A DNA stretch of 64,000 nucleotides from an uncultured virus (IMG/VR IMGVR_UViG_3300025853_000066). Lineage: Duplodnaviria > Heunggongvirae > Uroviricota > Caudoviricetes. The notes under the pieces were generated by a model. That model was not told the DNA's origin, searched no databases, and saw only the letters and a program-made list of their open reading frames with translations. Below, one piece after another: positions 8,848-19,324 of this stretch. Both the position numbers and the translations under genes were made by a program. The DNA is taken from the IMG/VR virus record IMGVR_UViG_3300025853_000066, one strand, 5' to 3'. Every line of letters starts with the position of its first letter. Positions within the stretch are counted from its first letter, which is position 1.

Positions 8848-10696
8848 AGTTCAATTTAGACCTGGAATCGATAAAGAAAACACGGAATATGGTGCGGAAG
8901 GAACTTGGGTAGATTGTGATAAAGTTCGTTTTCGATTCGGACTTCCTCAAAAGATAGGAGGTTGGCTTCGTATCGCAAGTTCAGCGATGGTCGGAGCTGT
9001 TCGAGGAATTAAAGCATGGTTCGATTTAGACGGAAGTCGATATATCGGACTTGGCACAAATAAAAAAGTTTACATATTTAACGGTGGAAATCTTTACGAT
9101 ATTACCCCGATACGTCAATCTAATACGTCTTTAACAAGTTTATTTACATCTACGAATGGTAGTTCAAATGTTACAGTTAATATTAATAGTCACGGTGCTG
9201 GCGCTGGTGATTTTGTTATCTTTGATAATATATCAGGACTAACAGCAAGTACTTCCTATACTGTTTCTGATTTTGAAACGGGTGAATTTGAAGTTCAAGG
9301 TGTTGCTAACGGAGATGCTTTTTATATTGAAATGCCGTCTGCGGAATCAGGTGCGGGTATTACAACGACAGGAAGTGGAGATGCGGAATTTGAAGAAACA
9401 GTAGAACCTGACGTTCAAACAGTAGGATACGGTTGGGGAACTTATACTTACGGATCGGAAGGTTGGGGAACTGCTCGTTCCGTTTCTAACGTTACTCTCG
9501 ATATGGGAATGTGGAGTTTCGATAATGCGGGTGAAGATTTATACGGTTGGAAAAAGAACGGTGGAACTTACGTTTGGGATACTTCCGCAGGATTAGACAA
9601 TAATCGAATGACTCAAGTTAGTAATGCTCCTACCGCTTCTATTACAGGGTTAGTTTCTACTCCTGATCGTCATTTAATTTGTTTTGGAACGGAATTAACG
9701 ATAGGAACTCCGAGTACTCAAGACACGATGTTTATTCGCTGGTCAGATCAAGAAAATTTTACACAATGGACTCCTACAACAACAAATACAGCGGGCTCTC
9801 AAAGATTAGGTGAAGGTAGTAAAATTGTATCTGCAAAGAAAACAAGAAACGAAATCTTAGTATGGACTGACTTAGGACTTCATAGTATGCAGTTTATCGG
9901 TCCTCCCTTTACTTTTGGCTTTCGATTATTAGGAACAGATTGTGGAGCTGTGGGTATGAATTCTACAGTAGTTGTTAATGATACAGCCTATTGGATGTCG
10001 GAAGGTCGATTTATGGTCTATCGAGGTTCAATTCAAGAACTTCCTTGTAGTGTTAAATCTTATGTATTTAATAATATTAATACATCTCAAAATCCTCAAA
10101 TTTATGCGGGTGAGAATAATGAATTTAATGAAGTTATCTGGTTTTATTGTTCAGCGAATTCAAGTCAAATAGATCGATATGTTATTTATAATTATCAAGA
10201 AAATGTATGGTATATCGGAACTATGAATCGTAGTACTTGGATAGATCAGGGAGTATTTAGCGTTCCACAAGCTACGGAGTATTACAATAATTCTACAGAA
10301 GCGACTACTCAAACATTAAACGGAGTATCCCCTGGTCGTAGTTTTATTTATGAACACGAAACAGGGACAACTAAAAATGGTGCGATTATGGAATCATATC
10401 TTACTAGTGGAGATGTAGATATTGCAGACGGAGATCAATTCATGTTTATTCGAGGATATATTCCTGATTTTAAAAACTTACAAGGAACAGTTAAAATGAA
10501 TTTATTATCAAGAGAATTTCCTGCTGATACTCAAACGGAATCAGGAGTAATTGATATTACTTCTAGTACGAGAGATGTAAATACGAGAGCGAGAGGAAGG
10601 CAAATCGCAGTAAAAATATTAAGTGATTCTAGTGTAGATGATAATTGGAGATTTGGAACTTTACGTGTTGATGCTCGACCCGATGGTAAACGATAA
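8837..10696 (+). CDS. tail nozzle / DNA-stabilisation (tail tubular B-like) protein
   Basis: 619 aa, beta-propeller-like (IRWSDQE, WTD, YWM, EVIWFY motifs); precedes the internal virion genes. Confidence 0.6.
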   Translation: MLNKVQFRPGIDKENTEYGAEGTWVDCDKVRFRFGLPQKIGGWLRIASSAMVGAVRGIKAWFDLDGSRYIGLGTNKKVYIFNGGNLYDITPIRQSNTSLTSLFTSTNGSSNVTVNINSHGAGAGDFVIFDNISGLTASTSYTVSDFETGEFEVQGVANGDAFYIEMPSAESGAGITTTGSGDAEFEETVEPDVQTVGYGWGTYTYGSEGWGTARSVSNVTLDMGMWSFDNAGEDLYGWKKNGGTYVWDTSAGLDNNRMTQVSNAPTASITGLVSTPDRHLICFGTELTIGTPSTQDTMFIRWSDQENFTQWTPTTTNTAGSQRLGEGSKIVSAKKTRNEILVWTDLGLHSMQFIGPPFTFGFRLLGTDCGAVGMNSTVVVNDTAYWMSEGRFMVYRGSIQELPCSVKSYVFNNINTSQNPQIYAGENNEFNEVIWFYCSANSSQIDRYVIYNYQENVWYIGTMNRSTWIDQGVFSVPQATEYYNNSTEATTQTLNGVSPGRSFIYEHETGTTKNGAIMESYLTSGDVDIADGDQFMFIRGYIPDFKNLQGTVKMNLLSREFPADTQTESGVIDITSSTRDVNTRARGRQIAVKILSDSSVDDNWRFGTLRVDARPDGKR

Positions 10697-10947
10697 TGAC
10701 ATTTAAAAGACCTCCTACGATTCCTTTAAGTCGAAATAAAGACGATATAAACGAGATATATAATCGAGCGGTTACTGACTTAGAACAGTATTTATTAGAA
10801 ATAACTCAGCCCGCTGGTACGGGTTTTACTACGAGTAATGTTACGACAACCAAGAATCTAGATGCATCCACTGCTACATTATCAGATGTAGCTAATATTT
10901 TAGGAACACTAATAGACGCTTTAAAATCGAAAGGATTACTTGATTAA
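10696..10947 (+). CDS. hypothetical structural protein
   Basis: Translationally coupled ORF in the tail operon. Confidence 0.5.
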   Translation: MTFKRPPTIPLSRNKDDINEIYNRAVTDLEQYLLEITQPAGTGFTTSNVTTTKNLDASTATLSDVANILGTLIDALKSKGLLD

Positions 10948-11383
10948 CTATCGCAAAGCGACTTTAGACGATGTACGACCAATTAGAAACTTACTTCTTA
11001 ATTGGCTAAAAGAATCGCCTTTAAACTTAGGAAAACCTAATACAGGAAAGGGAGATGCTTATATACATGATATTATTTATAATCATTTCGTTATCGTGGC
11101 TGAAAAAGAAGGTAAAATTATAGGAACGATATCTTTAGTATTAGGGGATATGTGGTACACAGATAAGAAGTTTTATCGAGTGAATTGGCTCTACGTAGAT
11201 AATAAAAAAAGGAATAGTAGAATAGCAAAAAAATTGCTAGAATATGTTAAAGAATACGTTAAACTAACGAAAATGCCTTTAATACTTGAAATGACACAAG
11301 GACACGATATCGATAGAAAACATCAATGGTTAATGAGACAAAACTTCGAATATCTAGGCGGCACATACGGAGATAATTTATAA
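10940..11383 (+). CDS. GNAT-family acetyltransferase
   Basis: YRKATLDD..VAEKEGKIIG..WLYV..RNSRIAKKLL GNAT pattern; typical position before podovirus ejection proteins. Confidence 0.75.
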   Translation: MINYRKATLDDVRPIRNLLLNWLKESPLNLGKPNTGKGDAYIHDIIYNHFVIVAEKEGKIIGTISLVLGDMWYTDKKFYRVNWLYVDNKKRNSRIAKKLLEYVKEYVKLTKMPLILEMTQGHDIDRKHQWLMRQNFEYLGGTYGDNL

Positions 11384-12495
11384 TGGGAAGTTTATTTAAA
11401 CCAACTTCAACTGTAGTACAAGCACCAAGTCAAGGTCAAGTACAGTATGAAATTCCACAGTACTTTAAAGATTTACAGGAATCTGTATTTTCAAGAGCGA
11501 ATGCTGCAAGTCAACAACCATTTCAAGCATACACAGGAGATCGTATTGCAGATTTAACTCAGTTGCAAAACGCTGCAATAACTCAAGCACAAACAAATTT
11601 AGGTCAGTTCGGAGCATCAGGAGTTATACCTGAAGCACAGCAAAGAGTATCAGCCGCGGCTGATATTGCAGGAATGCAGTTTACTCCTCAAATGGCTCAG
11701 CAATATATGAATCCTTATACTCAACAAGTTACAAATGCTGCTATCAGAAATTTACAAGAACAATCAGCTTTAGCTTCACAAGGACAACGAGCACAAGCAG
11801 TTCAATCAGGTGCTTTTGGTGGAACAAGACAGGGAATACAAGAAGCTGTCCTTCAAGCTGAAACAGCAAAGAAAGCTGGTGATATTACAGCTCAATTACA
11901 ATCTCAAGCGTTTTCTGAAGCTGCAGGAAGATTTGCTCAAGATCGTGCTGCCGCTGCAACTGGTCAGATGCAAGCTGCGCAAGCAATTCCTGCGTTACAA
12001 GCGCAGTTAGGTCAAGTAGGACTTCAAGAAGCTGCCGCTGCAACTCAGTTCGGTGGATTACAGCAGGCAGTAGAACAACAAAAATTATTAGAAAATTATC
12101 GTGACTTTGTCGAACAGCAAGGTTTTGAAAGAGGGCAACTTGGATTTTTATCGAGTATTCTTACAGGTGCTCCGATTCGTTCTTACGGTGAAGAGCGTTC
12201 TGGTACAGTAGGTCAGGTAATAGGTGGAACTTCACCATTTGGTCAAATTGCAGGCGCCGCTGGAGCGTTCTATGGTATGGGTGGTATGCCTAGTGATATA
12301 AGATTAAAAGAAAATATTGAACTAGTAGGACAATCTCCGTCAGGAATAAATATCTATGAATTTAATTATATAGATAGTCCTCATAGATATCAAGGAGTAA
12401 TGGCTCAAGAAGTACCAGAAGCTTCGTTTGAAGTTAAAGGATATTTAGCTGTAGATTACAGTAAAGTGGATGTAGACTTTAAAAAGCTGAGTTAA
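11383..12495 (+). CDS. internal virion / ejection protein with C-terminal peptidase S74-like domain
   Basis: Q/A/G-rich body (YMNPY, GAFGG.R); C-terminal SDIRLKENI..GVMAQEV..VDY. Confidence 0.7.
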   Translation: MGSLFKPTSTVVQAPSQGQVQYEIPQYFKDLQESVFSRANAASQQPFQAYTGDRIADLTQLQNAAITQAQTNLGQFGASGVIPEAQQRVSAAADIAGMQFTPQMAQQYMNPYTQQVTNAAIRNLQEQSALASQGQRAQAVQSGAFGGTRQGIQEAVLQAETAKKAGDITAQLQSQAFSEAAGRFAQDRAAAATGQMQAAQAIPALQAQLGQVGLQEAAAATQFGGLQQAVEQQKLLENYRDFVEQQGFERGQLGFLSSILTGAPIRSYGEERSGTVGQVIGGTSPFGQIAGAAGAFYGMGGMPSDIRLKENIELVGQSPSGINIYEFNYIDSPHRYQGVMAQEVPEASFEVKGYLAVDYSKVDVDFKKLS

Positions 12496-12496
12496 T

Positions 12497-14413
12497 ATGG
12501 CAGCAGCTTTAGATATAAAAGAAGATTTTAATATTCTTCAAGGTTTCTTTAAAGATAATAATCAAGAAGGTATAAACAGTATTTACGATAAATACGGTGG
12601 ACAAGAAAAATTTGAACAAGCGATTATAAATTACGACACTGCTAACGAAGCACCGCCAGGAACAGAAGAAAGAGTATCTACAGAAGAAGTTCTTGCTCAA
12701 ATGGATAAGCAAGAAGATATATCAACTAGCCAAGCAGGCGGTCAAACTATATTTCAAGATTTAGAAAGATTTAAAGACGCTGAAAAACAATTTCAAGACT
12801 ATGAAGAAAAACTAGCAGTTGCTGATAATATTATTAACATTGCTGGATTAACTGAAGATCAAGGAGATGCTTTAAAGAAAAGTTTAGGTCTTAATACTAA
12901 AGGTATTATGGGAACTTTAAAAGAAGTGGCTTCTGGATTTGGTGAATTATTTACAGGGAGAACTAACGTAGATTTAGAAAATCTTCAAGCTGCCGGCAAA
13001 GTTGCAGGTGCTCTTCCTATGACTGGTAATCAAGCTGGTACTTTATATCAAACAGCATTTTCTGAAGATACGGGACGAGATGTTTTTACAGAAAGATTAA
13101 CTGATCCTAGAACTCAATTCTTTTTAAGATTAGCGAAAGAATCAGGAACACCTTCTTTTGATTCTCCATTTGCACGTGTCGCTAATGCTGCACTTCAAAC
13201 AGGTGAAGCTGAACAACAAAAATTATTAAACTTATTACGATATGGACAAAAAAATAAAACAACTGGTCCTAAATATGAAACAAAGCAGATAAGATACACG
13301 ATTGAAGAAAATGATCCATATTTTTCTGAACTAGGTTTTTCTGCAGGAACACCGGGATACGCTACTGTTCAATTAAAAGACGGAAAGATTGATGAGTATT
13401 TAGATTTCGCTTTATCTACTCAAAAGGTTCCTGCGGATTCATTTGACCCAAGTAAATATCCTTATATAGAAGAAGAAGATAAAAGAATTGTTGGAATTGA
13501 TTTAAATGAATTAACTAAGCAAAAAGATTTGTTATCTGAAAACGTAAGATTAGCTTCTTCGATTGAACGAGGTCCTGAAGGTATTACTAATGCTGATAGA
13601 TTGCTTTCGCCTGTTGTTGAATTTGTTAGTACTAAATCTCCTCGACTTGCTGAAGCGATGGCTGACATAGCCGGAAGAGATATAAAAGATTATTCTATAT
13701 TTAAAGATATGGAAGCAAACGTTTTTGATTTATTATTAAATGATCTTAAAAACCTATACCCTGTTTCTGATAACGATATGAATGTTATTAAAGCTTCTAA
13801 ACCTCTTGGTGCATTTGGATTTGGTTTACGTTCATCTCAATTACTTTCTTTTAAAGAATACGATATTTTACAAAATCAAGCTGAAAGAGATTTTATTAAT
13901 AAAAATTTCCAACTAAATCAAATGCCGACTTCAGCAAGTCCAAAAGGAATTGAATTTAATGGTAAAACGTATTACTCAGCTGCAAATTATGCAAAAGCTG
14001 TCGTAGAAAGTCAAGTTAACCAAGCATTTAAAGAATCCGGTGTAACAGAAGATCAAATGAAAACATGGGGATTCCAAAAAGAAAAAGGAGATTATAATGT
14101 CTTTACTAAATTAATGGTAATGAACGGAATGGATGTAGCTAAACAATTTAATCAAGATCCGGCTAAAATATTCTTATCTAAATCTGATGCAGCAACTAAT
14201 CTATTAGAAAGTTTAAATTTAACACAAGATCCGGAAGATTTAACAGACGCTCAAGCATTGGCAATCGCAAATGATGAGAAAAAACGTAGAACTATTATTA
14301 CTCAAAATTTAGATGAGAATAGTGCTGAATATAGAAAATGGACAGAAAAATATCCTGGATTAGATATTAACGAATCAATCTTATCGCAACTTTACCCCAA
14401 TTATAACTTTTAA
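12497..14413 (+). CDS. putative internal virion protein
   Basis: 638-aa helical ORF between the ejection-protein genes; positional inference. Confidence 0.5.
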   Translation: MAAALDIKEDFNILQGFFKDNNQEGINSIYDKYGGQEKFEQAIINYDTANEAPPGTEERVSTEEVLAQMDKQEDISTSQAGGQTIFQDLERFKDAEKQFQDYEEKLAVADNIINIAGLTEDQGDALKKSLGLNTKGIMGTLKEVASGFGELFTGRTNVDLENLQAAGKVAGALPMTGNQAGTLYQTAFSEDTGRDVFTERLTDPRTQFFLRLAKESGTPSFDSPFARVANAALQTGEAEQQKLLNLLRYGQKNKTTGPKYETKQIRYTIEENDPYFSELGFSAGTPGYATVQLKDGKIDEYLDFALSTQKVPADSFDPSKYPYIEEEDKRIVGIDLNELTKQKDLLSENVRLASSIERGPEGITNADRLLSPVVEFVSTKSPRLAEAMADIAGRDIKDYSIFKDMEANVFDLLLNDLKNLYPVSDNDMNVIKASKPLGAFGFGLRSSQLLSFKEYDILQNQAERDFINKNFQLNQMPTSASPKGIEFNGKTYYSAANYAKAVVESQVNQAFKESGVTEDQMKTWGFQKEKGDYNVFTKLMVMNGMDVAKQFNQDPAKIFLSKSDAATNLLESLNLTQDPEDLTDAQALAIANDEKKRRTIITQNLDENSAEYRKWTEKYPGLDINESILSQLYPNYNF

Positions 14414-17364
14414 TGTCAATAGAAATTTTAAAAAAAATTAATTCTTCGAGTGATGAAGAACTAGATACGATTATTAATAGTCTTTCTGGAAATGTAAAAG
14501 AATCTAAAGAATTAGAAACTCTTGGCTATGATATAGATAAAATGAAAGCAGGAGTAGAAAACTATAATAAAGAACTTGAAAGATACTTAATTGATCAAGA
14601 AGTACAATACAAGTTTCCGTTTGAACCAGGTTCTACTGAATTTGCAAATATAGAATTTCCAGAAGAAAAGAAGTATGAAGCAATTAGTGATTTTAAACCA
14701 TCTAAATCAACATCGCTTCAATTACTAGGTTTAAACGCTGAAGAAACAGATGATTTAGCTAATTTCGCATACAATCTAATGTACGGTGCTTCTTCTCAAA
14801 TGCCTAGAGATACTACTAAAGAGTATGTAGGAAACGTTATTCAATATTTTAATCCTGATTCATCTATTGAAATGGCATACGCTAACGAACTACAACCAGA
14901 AACGCTTAAAGATATTAACAGAATACAAGAATTAGATGACTTAGGTTATAACTTAAATGTTAATGACGATCTTTTATTATATAGAACTGATGGTGGAAAC
15001 TGGTCAGTTGTAAATGCGCCAGGTATGTCTAAAGGAGATATTGGATATTTTGGAAAAGATATTGCAAGTATTTTATTAGAGATACCAGCATATGCTGGCG
15101 GAGGTGCTGTTGGTGCTGGCATAGCTGCAGGTGTTGTTGAATCATCTGCTCAATTATTAGCTTGGTACACTAACGCTAAATTATCAGGTCAAGAACCTAC
15201 TGCTGAAGAAGGTGTTCAAGTATTTATTGATTCACTTCCTGATGCCGCTATTACGGGTGTATCTACCGCTGTTTTAACAAAACTAGGGGATAAAGTATTT
15301 AGGTGGGTATTAAGTAAAGCAGGAAAGAAAACTTTACCAGAAGGAGAAATAGAAGATTCAGCGGCAGCAATAGCTGCAGGTCAAACTAACGTAGATAAGT
15401 TAAATAAAATTAATCAAGAAATACAAGAAACTACAAAAGATTCTAGTAAAGGAGTACAGCTTACATTAGGAGAAGCTACGGGTGGATATGAACAAATAAT
15501 AAAAGAAAATACTATTTCAAAGATACCTGAACTAGCACCTAAGTATAATCAAGCATATAAAAATAAAATAAATAAATCTCAAGATGCTTTAGAAACATAC
15601 TCAAAAACTTTATTTGACACTGACGTTGCTCCTCGTACAGCGGTAGTTAGTGAAATGGGAAAAGATATACAAGCAGGACTAACTGAAGGTGTAGAAAAAG
15701 ATGTGCAAAGAATATTAGATTCTTACACTACTGATTTTGCAAGTGTTACTAAAATATACGACTTAGTAAGTAAGACAACGGGTCAAGCATCCGATTTATT
15801 AGATGATTTCGGATTTGTTCAAAAAGTATTTCAAGATCAAAATAAAATAATTCAAGGTGAGTTAAAAACAATAGAAGATTCCGTTTCTAATATATTAAAT
15901 AAATATGGACCTGAAGTAACTGATAATTTAGTTAAGTTATCTACTTTTCAAAAAACTTTAAAACAAATCGATTCTAATAGATCTTTTTTAAATAAGTTAG
16001 AGCCGGGTACGAATGAACATACTTTATTTAAAAACTTTTTAGAGTTTACTAAAGACGGAAGAAAAGTAAAAAATTTAACTCTTCAAGAAACTCAACAATT
16101 AATTCAATACATAGATGCTTTATCTGGAGATGCTTTTTCTTCAGCATTAAAAGGTGTTCCTGATGCTAAAAAAGGAGAATTTAAACAATTACTTTTCGCT
16201 TTAAGAACTGACTTAAAACGATCTTTAAAAAAGAATTTAAAAGGCGATGCTGACGCTATCTTTGATGCTTATGAAAATATGAAAAATATTCGTAGAGATT
16301 TTGATAATAACGTAGTGAATCAATTATTTCAAAAATCTAATTCTGGTAAACTTAAATTATCAGACGGAAATATAATTAATCATGTATTAAGTGATGCTCG
16401 TTTTTCTGGTGAAATGGCAAGTATCTTAGATCAAACTCCTAACTTTGCGAAAAAGGCAGCTTTTGAACAATCCATTATTGATGATTATTATAAAAATGTT
16501 TTAAACGATATGAGCTTGTCTCCTACTGAAATAGCTAAAAAAGCAGAAGCTTGGTTAAAAAATAATAAGTATGTTGATAATTTTTTTACTGGTGAAAATA
16601 GAAATATTTTAAAGCAAATGAAAAGTCCGTTAAAATTTAAACAGTTAGTAGAAGCTAATAAAAAAGCTAGTGATCGTGCTTTACAGAAAGTTCAAAAAGA
16701 ATTTGAAGGAATTATGGGATTAGATCCTGCTAATTATTTAGATTTCTTTCAAAAGAATCCTACGTCTTTTAATCGAGTAATTAATTTAATAAGAACAGCT
16801 GATGCTGGATTAGCTAGAAATATAGAAAAACAAACTAAAGAATTCTTTTTAAAACAATTCTTTGAATCAACTTCTGCTTATGATTCAAGAGCAGGTATGT
16901 ATGCTTTTAACGGAGAAAAGTTAAAAGAATTTTTAAATGTAAATAATAATAAAGAAATGCTTAAAAATATTTTCGGAACTCAAAAAGCAGATAAATTCAT
17001 TAATACGTTTTCAGATATTGCTGATTTATTAAATACTTTTCAAAAGAAAATAGTTGATGCTGAAAAAGAACCAGTTATCGCTAGAAGTATTCAAAACTTG
17101 TTTCTTGGTCAGTTAGATAGAAAACGTACAATTATTCGTGGTATAAAACAATCAGCTAAATTATTAGGGGCTGAAGAGTATCTTGATAACGTTTTAGATT
17201 TTGAAAAATACGCTAAATTATTAGGAGAACAAGAATTTTTAAATCCTAGAGCTACAGTTGTAGCGGCACAGTATGTAGAGGCTGAAGAACCTGCGGAAGA
17301 TTCTATAATAGATAAAATTACGGAAGGCATTATTAGTAAAGGTGGAGAATATATTAACCCTTAG
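14413..17364 (+). CDS. putative large internal virion (ejection) protein
   Basis: 983 aa, helical, with a G/A-rich hydrophobic segment; last large gene of the virion module. Confidence 0.5.
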   Translation: MSIEILKKINSSSDEELDTIINSLSGNVKESKELETLGYDIDKMKAGVENYNKELERYLIDQEVQYKFPFEPGSTEFANIEFPEEKKYEAISDFKPSKSTSLQLLGLNAEETDDLANFAYNLMYGASSQMPRDTTKEYVGNVIQYFNPDSSIEMAYANELQPETLKDINRIQELDDLGYNLNVNDDLLLYRTDGGNWSVVNAPGMSKGDIGYFGKDIASILLEIPAYAGGGAVGAGIAAGVVESSAQLLAWYTNAKLSGQEPTAEEGVQVFIDSLPDAAITGVSTAVLTKLGDKVFRWVLSKAGKKTLPEGEIEDSAAAIAAGQTNVDKLNKINQEIQETTKDSSKGVQLTLGEATGGYEQIIKENTISKIPELAPKYNQAYKNKINKSQDALETYSKTLFDTDVAPRTAVVSEMGKDIQAGLTEGVEKDVQRILDSYTTDFASVTKIYDLVSKTTGQASDLLDDFGFVQKVFQDQNKIIQGELKTIEDSVSNILNKYGPEVTDNLVKLSTFQKTLKQIDSNRSFLNKLEPGTNEHTLFKNFLEFTKDGRKVKNLTLQETQQLIQYIDALSGDAFSSALKGVPDAKKGEFKQLLFALRTDLKRSLKKNLKGDADAIFDAYENMKNIRRDFDNNVVNQLFQKSNSGKLKLSDGNIINHVLSDARFSGEMASILDQTPNFAKKAAFEQSIIDDYYKNVLNDMSLSPTEIAKKAEAWLKNNKYVDNFFTGENRNILKQMKSPLKFKQLVEANKKASDRALQKVQKEFEGIMGLDPANYLDFFQKNPTSFNRVINLIRTADAGLARNIEKQTKEFFLKQFFESTSAYDSRAGMYAFNGEKLKEFLNVNNNKEMLKNIFGTQKADKFINTFSDIADLLNTFQKKIVDAEKEPVIARSIQNLFLGQLDRKRTIIRGIKQSAKLLGAEEYLDNVLDFEKYAKLLGEQEFLNPRATVVAAQYVEAEEPAEDSIIDKITEGIISKGGEYINP

Positions 17365-17638
17365 TAAAGCGGTTAAAGGAACATCAGCAGAATACGCTGG
17401 TATTTCATGGTTATTGAAGCAAGGTTATCATGTTTTTAAAAACGTTCATGTTACTGGTTTTATTGACGTTGTTATATTTGATGGCGAGAAACTTATAGGA
17501 GTAGACATTAAAAGTGAGACATTTAGAAAGAAGAATGGACAAAAAATATATAGAAAACCTTCTAGCAAACAAAAACAATATAGTGTAAAATTACTTTTCG
17601 TACAAGACAACGGAGAGTGTTATTTTGGAAGCGATTAA
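17342..17638 (+). CDS. PD-(D/E)XK nuclease-like protein
   Basis: KG..AE..WL..GY.VF..ID.V..VDIKS motif. Confidence 0.65.
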   Translation: MENILTLSKAVKGTSAEYAGISWLLKQGYHVFKNVHVTGFIDVVIFDGEKLIGVDIKSETFRKKNGQKIYRKPSSKQKQYSVKLLFVQDNGECYFGSD

Positions 17639-18047
17639 AGAACGTATTATTAAGCACGAAGGCAAAATTAATAAAATATATAAAGATTCTCTAGGCTTAA
17701 AAACTTTTGGTGTAGGACATTTAGTATTAAATTCAGACGATTTAGAAGAAGATGTTGAATATTCAGATGACGTTGTAATGCGTTATTTTGAAAAAGACTT
17801 TGAAACAGCAGTATTGGATGCTGACAAATTTATCGATAAACATGAACATCCAGAAGAAATTTATGGGGTTATTATTGAAATGTGTTTTCAGTTAGGCTAT
17901 CCTCGCCTATGTGGCTTTAAAAAGTTTAAGGCCGCTCTAGAAGAAAAAGATTATGTAACTGCGGCTGATGAAATGTTAGACAGTCGGTGGGCGAAACAAA
18001 CACCTAATCGTGCAAACGATTTAGCGGATATAGTAAGGGAATCATAA
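17625..18047 (+). CDS. endolysin, T4-type lysozyme (GH24)
   Basis: HEG..YKDSLG..TFGVGHL catalytic motif; EMLDSRWAKQTPNRA. Confidence 0.9.
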   Translation: MEAIKERIIKHEGKINKIYKDSLGLKTFGVGHLVLNSDDLEEDVEYSDDVVMRYFEKDFETAVLDADKFIDKHEHPEEIYGVIIEMCFQLGYPRLCGFKKFKAALEEKDYVTAADEMLDSRWAKQTPNRANDLADIVRES

Positions 18048-18433
18048 TGATTTGGTCATTACTAGGAACTGTAGCAAAGGGGGCTGTTGATGTTATTAAA
18101 ACAAAAACGGAAACTAAAAAGCTTATGGCGGAAGCTGAGCAAACCCATATTCGAAAAATGGCAGAAGGTGAAATTGAATACGCTATTGCCTCACAAAAGA
18201 ACATGCAAAACTCGTGGAGAGATGAATGGTTTACGGTCATTCTCTCAATTCCACTCCTTATAGTTTTTGGTGCAATTTTTTTTGGAAAGTATGAATGGAT
18301 TGATAAATTAAAAGAAGGATTTCAAACATTAGATAGTTTACCTGATTGGTATATATGGGCTTTAATGGCAGCTATCGCATCATCTTTTGGATTGAAAGTA
18401 ACTGATTTAGCGATTAAAAAGTTTAAGAAATAA
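18047..18433 (+). CDS. holin-like membrane protein
   Basis: SWRDEW motif, two hydrophobic segments, ASSFG; coupled to the lysozyme gene. Confidence 0.6.
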   Translation: MIWSLLGTVAKGAVDVIKTKTETKKLMAEAEQTHIRKMAEGEIEYAIASQKNMQNSWRDEWFTVILSIPLLIVFGAIFFGKYEWIDKLKEGFQTLDSLPDWYIWALMAAIASSFGLKVTDLAIKKFKK

Positions 18434-18492
18434 ATGAAAGACTGGTTCATTTATTTAACTGCAGCAGTAATGCTATTATTAATTATAATGTT

Positions 18493-18873
18493 ATGGTTAT
18501 GGAAATAAGCGATAAAACAACAGTTGGAATGCCGATTAGAAATTTAATTTCTATTGTAACTGCCGTAGTCGTAGGTGCTTGGGCTTATTTTGGTGTTATT
18601 GAACGATTAAATATCTTAGAAACTAATCGTCAATTAATGGAAGCTGATCTTTTAAAAAAGGCAGAACAAACTCCTAAAAATTTAGAGATATATATGCTAA
18701 TTGAAATGAATGCGAAAATGATTGAAAAACACGCTTTACAATTAGAAGAAAATTTACACACTCAAGTTATGTTAGAGCATTTGGAAGAACAAGTGGATAA
18801 ACTAACTAAAGACGTAGAAAAACTAAAAGACGCTACAAGAGATATTGCTTTTGCGAATGGGAACGGTCACTAA
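18493..18873 (+). CDS. membrane-anchored coiled-coil hypothetical protein
   Basis: N-terminal TM segment plus coiled coil, downstream of the lysis genes. Confidence 0.5.
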   Translation: MVMEISDKTTVGMPIRNLISIVTAVVVGAWAYFGVIERLNILETNRQLMEADLLKKAEQTPKNLEIYMLIEMNAKMIEKHALQLEENLHTQVMLEHLEEQVDKLTKDVEKLKDATRDIAFANGNGH

Positions 18874-19091
18874 TGTGGAAAGTAGTGATGGTTCTTTGTT
18901 TATTTAGTGGTAATGGAGAACTGCTAGAACATGTTTACACAACAGGTGTTGGTGAGTGTTTAGAGAAGAAACGTATTATGAAACGTAATATGGGACCTAC
19001 TGTATTAATTACTTGTGGTGAAGCAGAGGCAGAATTAGAAGAAATTCAAGGAAGAATTTTTATTAAAAGTATTCGCAAAATGGAACATTAA
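18873..19091 (+). CDS. hypothetical protein
   Basis: Coupled ORF with hydrophobic N-terminus and three Cys. Confidence 0.5.
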   Translation: MWKVVMVLCLFSGNGELLEHVYTTGVGECLEKKRIMKRNMGPTVLITCGEAEAELEEIQGRIFIKSIRKMEH

Positions 19092-19105
19092 TGATAGAAT
19101 AAACT

Positions 19106-19324
19106 ATGCAATTAGATCTCAAAACTGTATTACCTTATGTGGTGCTTATAGCTACACTCGCAATGACATGGGGAATGTGGTCAGAAAGATTAAATGCTGT
19201 AGAAAGAAAAGCTGATCGTGTTGCAGAAATACAACAAGATATAGCGATTATAAAAGAAAAGATTCTTCAAATGGAAGATCGAGTAATGTGGATTGAAGAG
19301 TTCTTAATTAAAACTTATGACTAA
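19106..19324 (+). CDS. membrane-anchored coiled-coil hypothetical protein
   Basis: TM segment plus coiled coil. Confidence 0.5.
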   Translation: MQLDLKTVLPYVVLIATLAMTWGMWSERLNAVERKADRVAEIQQDIAIIKEKILQMEDRVMWIEEFLIKTYD

